A stretch of 64,000 bases of DNA from Lepidodermella squamata. Its lineage: Eukaryota > Animalia > Gastrotricha. Positions 1 to 10,600 of this stretch are shown one piece after another (position 1 is the first letter of the stretch; the number at the start of each line of letters is the position of its first letter). The notes under the pieces were generated by a model. It searched no databases. It was given only the letters and a program-made list of their open reading frames with translations, and was not told where the DNA came from. The stretch is from positions 1,550,001 through 1,614,000 of the forward strand of contig JBLDXI010000055.1 in assembly GCA_047495785.1 (NCBI GenBank), read 5' to 3'. The position numbers and the translations under genes are program-made.

Positions 1-562
1 GGAAAGTCTCTTTATTGCCACGTGGTATAAACTACGCCCAAGCAAAGATTCGGCTTGCAGCAATACTTTCCAGACGATTCTAGCCACAGACAACACGTTC
101 ACTTTCGCCATTGTCAACTACGCTGACATGGAATGGCCAGGTGAGAGGGTCTGCACAGACACGCCAAAAGAGGTCCGAGTCGGCTACGACAATCGTGAAC
201 ACGACCACGGGCGCCGCCACGAAGAGTCGCTATCTTGCCAGGCTAACGTAACTGAAGTCCGTAGAAATTCTAATGTCAACGTTCCAGGAACTTACATCTT
301 CCGCCTGGACAACGCTGGTCTGAATTATCTTGATAATGTTTACTACTACGTCAAGGACTTGTGGAGTGTTTGGGTGTGGTCTAGCCTATTCCTGTCCTTC
401 TCAGTCGGCATGTTGTTCAGCCTGTGCTGTGTTGCCTGCTGCTCGTGCTGCTGTGGCGGGAAAAGCAAGAAGAATAAGATGACACGAGCGAAACACTATC
501 GCCGCTTCGATGTTCGCCCATCTCCGCCAATCTATTCTGTGTACCCTGATGATTTGATGTAG
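1..562 (+). CDS. NIDO-domain single-pass membrane protein, paralogue 1 (5' end outside window)
   Basis: The frame is open from the window start (..FIATWYKLRP..NTFQTILATDNTFTFAIVNY, a NIDO signature). It continues into a TM helix, a Cys-rich juxtamembrane stretch and a PPIY tail, and is clearly paralogous to 790-1788. Confidence 0.85.
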   Translation, partial: ESLFIATWYKLRPSKDSACSNTFQTILATDNTFTFAIVNYADMEWPGERVCTDTPKEVRVGYDNREHDHGRRHEESLSCQANVTEVRRNSNVNVPGTYIFRLDNAGLNYLDNVYYYVKDLWSVWVWSSLFLSFSVGMLFSLCCVACCSCCCGGKSKKNKMTRAKHYRRFDVRPSPPIYSVYPDDLM

Positions 563-789
563 GTTTTTAGCAGAGAGTAAACATGAACCATTACGACTTA
601 TTTTGCAGCCCTTCAAAGTATTAATGGCCGCTCCCAATCCCCATGCCGTGACCCGGTGATTCAGCTGATCGCAATTTGCAATGAACAAACCAGGACTTTT
701 TGATTACCTGCGCTTAAGCTTGCTTTAAAACTGTTTTAGAAAAAATTGAATGATACCTTCTTTGTTTTCAATTTTAGAATTTGAAAACT

Positions 790-1788
790 ATGAAAACAGC
801 ATTGGTTTTCCTTGCTGGTGTTTTGGCCGTGCAAGCCAACAACGGTATTCTCAATCACCTCTTTCCATGGCCTCTAAGCCAAGACGACTTGCATTTGGAG
901 TTTGACCCGACTAAAGACGTCGTGTCGAAATACATTCCGCTTGAGTCGGCATATCTTGTAGGCAAACATGGAGAGAAAGGCCTTTACCTGCACAGCTCAG
1001 GAGCTATCTCTTTCCGCAACGACAGCGTTCCGCAGAATTCAGCCGGCATTTGTGGGCCTCAGAACGTGACCTTCCGCGGCATTGCGCCATTCTTGGCTCT
1101 CACCCGCTTCAACCAAGACAGCCGGGTAACTTATCGCGAAACCAACGACAAAGCACTGCTTCAACAAGCTGAATCTGAAATTGTTACATCGTACCCGATT
1201 TTCGAAGGTCTCAGGCTAGAGCGCATTTTCATTGCAACGTGGTTCAACCTACGACCGAGTGAAAATTACGCGTGCGAAAACACCTTCCAAACCGTTCTCG
1301 CCACAGACGGCACCTTCACCTTCGCCATCGTCAACTACATTCAAATGCAGTGGCCGGGTGAAAATCGTTGCAACGACGCGCCGTTAGAGGTTCGGGTCGG
1401 CTACGACAATCGCGAACACGGCCACGGCCATCGCCACGATATTCCTCTCTCCTGCCTGGCGAACGTCACCCTGGTGCAAACATCGTCGAACGTCAACATC
1501 CCCGGCAAGTACATTTACCGCTTGGATAACGCTGGCTTGAACTATCTTTCCTGGGCCTACCACTACATTCGAGATGTTTGGAGCATCTGGATGTGGTCTG
1601 GCTTGTTTTTGTCCTTCTCTTTTGGTATGCTCGTGAGCCTGTGCTGCGCTGCCTGTTGCTCGTGCTGCCTTGGCAGCTCGAAGAAAAAGCAGATGCGCCG
1701 TAAGTACCGTCGTCAAGCTAACGATTGCAACGTTAGCAGCATTCATCCTCCTGGCTACTCGGTTTACAACCCAGATGATTTTCTGTAA
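790..1788 (+). CDS. NIDO-domain single-pass membrane protein, paralogue 2 (intronless)
   Basis: ATG at 790 starts a signal peptide (MKTALVFLAGVLAVQA). NIDO motifs IAPF..VTYRE, FIATW and NTFQTVLATDG follow, then a TM helix, CCAACCSCC and a PPGY tail. Confidence 0.85.
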   Translation: MKTALVFLAGVLAVQANNGILNHLFPWPLSQDDLHLEFDPTKDVVSKYIPLESAYLVGKHGEKGLYLHSSGAISFRNDSVPQNSAGICGPQNVTFRGIAPFLALTRFNQDSRVTYRETNDKALLQQAESEIVTSYPIFEGLRLERIFIATWFNLRPSENYACENTFQTVLATDGTFTFAIVNYIQMQWPGENRCNDAPLEVRVGYDNREHGHGHRHDIPLSCLANVTLVQTSSNVNIPGKYIYRLDNAGLNYLSWAYHYIRDVWSIWMWSGLFLSFSFGMLVSLCCAACCSCCLGSSKKKQMRRKYRRQANDCNVSSIHPPGYSVYNPDDFL

Positions 1789-2545
1789 GTTCATATGTTT
1801 GTTTATATGCCCGTATTTTTTAATTCGTTCTTATGTGCTTTAACAGCCCACCCAAGTATTGAAGTGTGGTCCATATCGTAAATTGAATTCGTGACTTTTA
1901 CCGTGCTGCTTAAAATTTGATTGAGAAAAGCTTGCATTTCGTCAATTTAAATAAAACATCGTAATTGCCGATGCACCTACAAGGCTTTTTATTATATGCC
2001 TGTGGCCTGTGGTTTTAAAATTATCGCATAAAACAGTGCTGTTCAGTGTTCAGTGAATCGGTCCTCGAGTCATCTGCAGTCCTCTACTTCATTTAGGCAA
2101 GGCGAGGGCTAACAGGTAATGGACGACGGGCGCGTGGCCAAAATTTGGTGGAAGGCGAGCTTCCTCGGTGTTTCTATGCTTTCTGATTTATGGCATCAAA
2201 AGCTGGCCATCTCAAAGGTAGGCTCAAAACTGCGGGAGTCCACATTTAAGATTTAGCTTTTATGGTTACTTGGTGGGGTTTAGTTGGGGTTTATCTTGGT
2301 GGGGTTAGGGTTCAGTCCACCGAGTCGTCAACTTCACACATGTCTGAAAAGTGTTGTCTCTTCATAAAACGAATGAAAATTATGTTGACTTCATAAAATG
2401 AATTCTTATGCTAGGGCCAAAGAGAAATAATAAACATATATTCTATATCGACTTCTTGATTCTTTTTTTACGGTTATATCATCACAAGCAATTAATCAAA
2501 TAAAGCGAGTTCAGTCTGCTGAATCTATCACTCAGCGTGCAGCGG

Positions 2546-3685
2546 CTAAAATGGCGGCACCAAAGCTGCAAAAAAAACTAGATGAGTAATTAACTGGTTG
2601 AAATTATTATTTTTACGTTGTCGCAATGAGGCCAAATCCAAGCGTGCAATCTCGGGTAGAGCGCGAACCACGGTGCCCATGAATAGCGGACTGTACTTCA
2701 AAATGTGCTTTAGAACACTGTCGCTCAGTCCGCAAAAATATTCTCGGTCCTCGTCTTCGCTCTTTTCAACGCCAGGCTCCAACTCTTTTGGGACGGCCTC
2801 AGCCACAAATCCCAGCACTGCGTATGGAACACCAAGTTCCTGGAAGGCAACGACAAATCACAAATACACTTCAAAACGCGCGAAAAACCTTTGCTAAGAT
2901 AACTTCAGGAACTGTTGTTTGATCCATAACGTCTCCGCCGTATCCTCGGAACATTCGCAGTTCAGCTGGTGACGGCAGTCGAGGACCTTCGAAAGTTATG
3001 CAAATAGCTTTCTCGTGAACCTTAACAGCTGGGTCGGCATGAGCTGCCCGAGCCAAACATTCCCTTAGTTGTTTATTGAACGCCTGGCTCATTGGCGCAT
3101 GAAGAATTCCCTATTAGTCATTTTTACCGCGATATTGGTTACCTAAGCAAATCGCAGACTCTTTACCTTCAAGTGCTTACGATCTCCATCATAGAAAGTG
3201 TACGGGCCACGAGTTCCGCCGCGTGCGGTTTGATCAATGAAATCCGTCAGAATACACAGTTCGCCGACTTTAATATTCTCACCTCGAATAGAGAAGCTTG
3301 TCGACGAAGAAATGATAGCATCGCACTTGAGTTTATTCACAAGCGCGAAAATGTTAGCACGATAGTTAACCTGGGAAGGGCCTAACGGCAACATGCGAGT
3401 AGATATTACGATATTCTTATGACGAATTTAGCTGACCTACCCACAGCATGATGCTGGCCGTGCCTTGCTAGGAGTACCACTTCGACACCGTTCAGCGTTG
3501 TCCCGACAATAAGGTCAGATGACATGCCATATTTAGTGTCAATCGGGCCAAGCAGCTTTAGGTTCGGGTTCGGGCCAAACGGAAAACCTAGGCCGTCCAA
3601 GCCTGTCCCACAAATTATGCCGATCTAATGTTGAACGTTAACACGACTTGGGAAATTCGAATGGGTCTCATTTTACCTTCACCAT
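2546..3685 (-). CDS. MTAP: Divergent methylthioadenosine phosphorylase (PNP/MTAP family) paralogue, ~6 exons
   Basis: Spliced exons give MVK-IGIICGTG..LARHG..PSQVNYRANIFAL..DFIDQT..EGPRLPS..TTVPE..LAKELGVPYA. The last-exon boundary is approximate. Confidence 0.85.
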
Positions 3686-4661
3686 TGTCCCTTCAAACAG
3701 CAGACGAGAGAAAGAGTAAACGAAAATAAATTAGAACTGCAGAGTATGCTATTCTGCTCACCACACGTAATCTTGTTTCCTTTTATTAATTTTATCTCAA
3801 CGGAAACCGGATAACGCTTTTCAAGTTTTAATCACCGGGTAATTTTTAGCAAGCAGACTCGGTGATAAAATCAAATGATAAAACTGTGGACAAGTTGACA
3901 CCAAAGACAAGTCACGCCGAAATTCGATCAATTTACACTGGGATGAACTACACTGTCATGCCTTGTATAGAAGGTTGTAAAGCCTCAAGCTGCTGATGGT
4001 GAAAGGAGGAAGGCCAACGGTGTGGAGAGCAAGCCAGTCCAGAAGTCCAGATCGCTATTCGGTAACTCGAGGCCGGTGACTACCGTCTAGTCGAACTGTG
4101 TAGCCGAGTGGGATGTCTGCCCGACAAAGGTCCACCTCAACCGGCGAATCGCCTGTCGAGCCAAACGGCTGCGCCAGCCGTAAAGCGCGAATTGCCCTCG
4201 TCCCGCTCGGCGTCTTCCTTATCGATGCTACTTCATTTCTCTGAATACCCCATTGACATTTTAGCTTAAGTTGGAACAACAGACGAAGTGAAAAAAAATT
4301 AATTTATTTTCATCTCTCGTAATCGTCAAGAATGTTAGTAAATAACAGTCGAAAATCGATGCGGGAAAAATTGCGAAGTTGACGAAACAAAAACAGTGAT
4401 AACAAGTTAAACACCGACTAGTGAAAGCTGGAAAAATTCTAAAAATATATTGCGTGTGTGTAAAATATTGCACGGTGAATAAAATTTGTACCACCCTTGT
4501 GATTAGACGACACATCAAAATGGAGGTCTTTAGTAATATTATTATTATTAGGCACCGACAGCAAGCGGCAAAATGTATAGATGGATCGCAATTGGAATAA
4601 CAATTTTTTGCGTGCATAAATAGGTCACTATAATTGCATAATTAGCTAATTTTGAGCGGTG

Positions 4662-7600
4662 TTAGTCACCCCAATCGTCGAGGGCTAGGGTTGACAAAGC
4701 TCGGCGTTTCAACGCATCGTCGACCTGCCGCGTCTGAGAAAGTCGTCTCGCCATGCCGGATTGAGCTCGTCGCCCCGAAGCCGCGGCAGCTTTCAAATCT
4801 TGTTGCGAACTCGAGCCGAAAAACGTATCATCAGTTATACTCTCCCGTTTGCCCGTTGAACCAGGCGATGTTGGCGCGTTCGGGAAAAGTTGCACGTCCA
4901 GCTTCAGAATCACGACACCTTTCTGCCCAGGTGCCTGGTACAGCGGCAGCCTTTTGACTAGCGGCTGATGGCCAGCCCTAGAGCGGAATAGCGAAAATTT
5001 TTGCTGACTGCCAGTTTTTGTCAGCGTTTCATGCTCAGTGAGCAATTCTTTAATGCGAACTTCGGTTCCGCCGAGGAATGCTGCAAAAATCAACAATGCA
5101 AAAAGAATACTATCTGATTTAGTCACTTACAATTAGGACTAAATAGATCGCGGTCGTATACAGTAATGCATAGTACATCTTCGTCAGCATTTTTAAGCAT
5201 AAATTGAGCCGAATCGTTCCATTCAGGATTGCAATTCGAGTTGACAACCTTTGTTCGATGCTCTTGCTCGCCCAAAGTGAGTAAACAAAAGGCATCTGGT
5301 TTGCCCTTTGGCGGCCTGGCAAGCGGTAAATCTTTCGCCCCAACCACATTCAAACGAAGCCTGCCTATCGCAGTAGTCTTGTAAACTGTAAAAATATTAC
5401 GTCAAAATCCAACTTGAACAACAAAAAGTATTCGAAACTCACGAGACATCGACCTTTTAACCCGGGATTGCGCTTGCTTCGGCAAATATTGGGCGATAGC
5501 TTCGTTGATATTTTTTACCCAATTATTGCGATCAACGCCGGTTCTACCACGAAATTCGTAGAGCGTTTTCAAAACATCATTGTTGTCTTTCAGGAAAATG
5601 ACCAGATCGGTCAAGGACTCGGTGCTACTGCTGCTATTATTTGTCTCAACAGCTCTGGCATTGATTGAATCAAGCAAATAAGGTTGGCCATCGACTTTCA
5701 GCCTCAAATCACTGATTTTAGGATCGTCGGTGAAGAGGAGAGAATCATAGATTGCGCCCTTTACGACTTTCGTAACAAGCAAAATGTCGTTGAATAAAAA
5801 CACCCAAAGCGGCTTGGAAGGCGATTTTGTTTTCGCTAAGCTGCCGTGGAAAAGCAGCCGTCTTGGTCCAACGCAATTAGTCAGAGAGTTGAAGGTCAAT
5901 TTCTGTAAGCAAACTCCAATTCAATGAATGAATCAAAATAATAACGGAAGCTAGAACCTCGCATAAACCGGGAACAGTTGTATCAACGTGATTTTGAAGC
6001 CATTCGAGGCGGTGAGAATTCTCGCGTTGTTCGACACCCTGGTTTACCTGCTCGCACAGTTGCATAGCCTTTGCATGCGCTTCTTGCAAGTCATCGAAAT
6101 CGAAATTATCTGGCGAAGTGTAATCCAAGATCTGCAATAGGCTAGCGATGAATTTACAAATTCAGCATGCTCCTTATAATCAGACCTTTTTAACGAGCAG
6201 ATGATACTTGGTAACTCGTTGAACCGGTTTTAAAAGAAAAGAAGACAAAGGCAGGCCACCAGACCGGGAATCTCGCATGCATGCCTATTTAGAAAAATTA
6301 AGCTGGCTTTTTGCTGAAATCAGTTACTAACCTGATGAATCGGTTTGAACTTTTTCTCCGACTCAGACACACGCTGTAATAATGCAGATGCATTGTGATG
6401 GGCCGCGCAATATCGAATATAAGGTGTGAAATGAGGTAGCTGTTATAAATAGTTGAATTTCGGTGAAAATTGAGCAAAAATGAAACGCAGCTCACAGCGC
6501 TCGAAATAATGTCTGCAATACTGCTGAGGGGTTGATCATCACCGGACATCTGCCTGCGAACTCGAAGTGATCTGTTAAAATAGCCGATATGATAGCAACG
6601 TGGCTTTTATCAATGCATTTGAATTACTTGACAAGAGCGGAATTGCAAGAAATCAACTCGTCCCAGTTAATGAAAATCTTTTTGGCAAGGTCATCTGTGA
6701 AAGCGCCTCCGGCAACCAACGGTTTATGGAATACCTGTTAATAGAAAATCGTGTATCTAGTGTCAGCGCATGTCTATAAAAATCAATGCATCGGTGCCAC
6801 TATATCAGACGAAACAACTCAAGGCAAGTATTCGATTTTTGTGACAACACCTTTGAACGACTACGATGTGCGAATCGATTACTTCACAATGCAACGAAAC
6901 TGTGTAAAAACAGCCGGAAGCAAACTACTGACATGCGACACGTAGAGTGATTACGATCAAACCAAAAACTGGTGCATATGTGAACATGAATGCGTATCTA
7001 CTAACTTCGATTGCGGTCTGCAGGTCATGAACGTAATCCTCCTCTGATTTGATGAATTCCTCAATCGCGGCTTGTCTCTTTCGCTCTCGCCTCTCCTCGT
7101 CCATCTCCTCGCCCCAGTCGCCGGGCGAGGGCGAGTCGATCGCATAGCTGGGCGAGGCTGGGTTAGCTTGGTATGCAGCCGGCTCCTGGCTCATAACATT
7201 ATATTCCGACCAGGACGCGTAGGTCTCTTCCGCCGGGAATTCCTCGTTGTAAAATTGCGATTGGTCAACGACTAAAAATTTGTTCAAAAATGAACAAAAA
7301 CAGTTAGAATATTTCCCCGCTAACATGTGGCTATTTCATGGAAAGCAAGCAAGTTAGAAAAAACGATCTAAAACAAGGCTGCTGATGACACGTTTTACTT
7401 ACGTATTACCGCACATTTATGATTTAAATTTCTGATATGTAATAATTGATATATTAATAATCCGATAGAACGAATGATTGAGGCTTGACAAGCACGTTGT
7501 AATATTATCGATATTTTTTCGCCCAGGTATCTCTAGACATTCGTAGTAAACACACAGTAGAAGTAAATTGACGCAACGATCGGCCGCGAAATATAATTTC

Positions 7601-10600
7601 ATCTGCAGGACAAATAACGCAAATAGCACGAGATAGAATGAAAATGAAAACAAATGTAGAATATAATGATAACTACTATCATACATATATCGGCCGCTCA
7701 ATTTTTTGTTAAAAGCTTCGGTCACTGTTATTTCTGTTCTGTTTATCATTAGTAAGCACATTTTATCACAGACGGAAAATAAATTTTCACTCAACTATAC
7801 ATTTAGGTATATTATATAGTAAAGATTTCATCCTATACAAAGTGTTTTCAAAATTAATTTTGGGATTGGTAATTTGAATAATAATATTGGCAGGTAATAG
7901 GTGCAAAAAGCGGCTTTGGTCACGACAAAAAGACAATAAGGGAGGTTGAACCACCATGAAATTATTAAATCAACAGATGCCTTGCGACGCTAATTTTGAA
8001 CCACCGCAAGGCCATGTAGCAACAATTAAAATGGGTCCTGAACAAAAAAGGCCGCATTTATAGTTGAAAAATTCGCTTTAGTATAAAGAGGCAACCGACA
8101 CCAAATATGGTGTCGATAATTACGGTATATACTCAGAATTTGAAAGTTTCTCGGTGCAAATTTAGCCTAGAAGTTATCAACGTGCATGAATTTCACCTGC
8201 GAATCACAAACATAAAATAGACCACCAAGTTCGAGAACGAACAAAACAGAATGAGCACCCGAAAATACGGTTAAGAACTGCACTTTTTGCTATAAATTTT
8301 GCAGAATTTTCGTACGGTTATTAGATTATACATCGCCAGTATCGTCACTAAATTATATGCAAGCAAGCATGCGCGATGGCTTTTAGCATTTTAGAAATAC
8401 ACCAGTAATTTTCATGTAAGACCGTATGTTATCGCGATAGTGCAGAGTAAGACAGATAACCAGATAGGATAATACTGTGACGTCAGTGATGTTCATCTCT
8501 ATTTTTTGAAATACGCTGAGTGAAACGTGTCAAATAAAGGGAATTTCACAGTAATAACGATAAATATAGAAGCAAAAAATGAACGCAGATTTGATTGGAT
8601 TTTGGAAAACTCAATGCAGGGTAGTTTCAGTTAATAACAAAGCCGGTGAGAGACATGCAGTGTTTTTGTTCGTGTGATGGTAGTATAAAAAGGGCACACG
8701 TGATAGAAATAGCTCAAAGCAAAGAGGATCATGTAAGGGATTGTTCTTCAGCTCGAATCGCCTGTTGTTTTTTCCGGCTACGGGTACCGCCTCCAACGCT
8801 TTGTTCCTGGATGAAAAGGAGGAAAGTTGAAAGATGATCTGTTACTACGATTTTTCGAGTATCATGCGTTTTAATCGAGTGGGGATGGGGCCACTAAATT
8901 ATTCAGCGACCTATTGATATAGCAAGCTTGGCAAGCGACCAGGGATTAACCCGCTAGCTTCAGATATAGCTCTAATAATAGCCCGATATTTACAAGTACT
9001 TAAACTTACAAGGCTTTGGCTGTAGAGACGATTGGATGATTGGCTTCACGTAGTTTGAAGGGAACATGCCGACAATGCCGTTGAGTTCCCCGCGCCACCA
9101 ATCCGGATCGTCCTTGTTGATCACATTAATAATCTCGTCTTTCTTGAATGTGAGCTCATCGTCGTGGTTGGCAGCATACGGGTACATTGTAATCACTTTT
9201 TCTATACACGAATTAACGAACTTAGTTACCAAAAAAAGTCCGCCTTAATTATATTCCCACCTCTCTCAGCTTCGATATCGGACACAGGCGTTGTTCGAGA
9301 GCTTTGCCTCGACCCACCAGGGCCACCAGTCCAAGGCCGGACGTAGTTGGCCGGGAACCAACCGACCTGACGGGCCTTCCCTCTGGCGTGAAGTTCGCCC
9401 TGCCACCAACCGGAATCACTTTTCTTTTTGATGTAAATGAGGTTGCCAGGCTCAAGGGTCAACTGCTCAGCGCCAGTGGCTCGATATTCCGCGATCACAG
9501 TCACGATTTCCGGCTTCTTTCCACCGCCTTGCTTGCCCGACTGTTGAAAATAAAAACAACATGTTAACAAAAATTCGAGAAAACGGGTAATGGTCAAGCG
9601 TGCAATAAGGTGGAGAGAAAATTAGTAGAGGCATGCAATTAGTAAAAATAAAATCCCGCGAAACAATAGAACGAGACAACAGCCAGTATAATTACTTTTG
9701 GCGGAGGCTGATTCGACGAAGCAAGCTTAGTTTCGAGCTCAGCGCGGAGTCGCTCAGTAGCGCTCCCCTGGCTCGATGGAAGAAGGCTGGCAGGCTTAGT
9801 AGGATGCTGTGGCGAAGCGGGTGACATGACAGCACCCACCTCTGCGTCTTCTCCATACGTTACCTGTCCATCGGCCGAATTGTTAGTATCCAGGACAGGA
9901 GGGCTGAACGAGGGTGGGGCGGCATCCGACTATAGATGGAATGTTAGTATAATGAGGATTGATTGTTGAACCAAAAAATTATTATGTTGTTATTCGATAA
10001 ATTAATGTAGCTATGAAGAGCGGGGTATTTCTAATCACTATCAACCAACCGCCAATCTCGGAGCTGGGCGGTGAACACGATGCAACGTGTTAGCCACCTA
10101 CAATCATCCCGCAAAATGAAAAATATATTTCAAATATCCCATGCCATCCGAAAGAGAGTTAAGAATCGCTGGTTGCCATCATCATTTTTCAAAGCAAAAG
10201 TTTGGCGATTTTTTTTAGATCACAGCAATCGTGTTATGTGTATGTTTCAAACGAAGAACTTTGTTCAAATCAACTCACCGAAAACGCTTGTCTAACCACC
10301 TGTAATCACGCAAAATATGATGTATTCATAAATTCATGTAATGCCGGACTTCGAATACAATCAAGTTTCTCTCTCCGGAACTCTTTGATTTGGCTAGTTG
10401 ATCACTTAACGGTCTGTTTCTTTCTTCCACTAAATTTAATTATTCATACATCCACACGGCTCGTCAAGTTATCGATTTTTTTCTGCTCATTGGAGCATAT
10501 CTATAGCGTCACTAATTAGTATAAATTAGAGAACTTTTTTTTATTTTCCTCTAGTATATTAAAGGACTGGATTATTTTAAGGGCTCACCTCAGCATCAAG

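Noticed and set aside
8950-8972. GCTATATCTGAAGCT in the intersectin intron as a third snoRNA copy
   Set aside because: It has an insertion in the guide strand and lacks the UCAAAAA partner strand.
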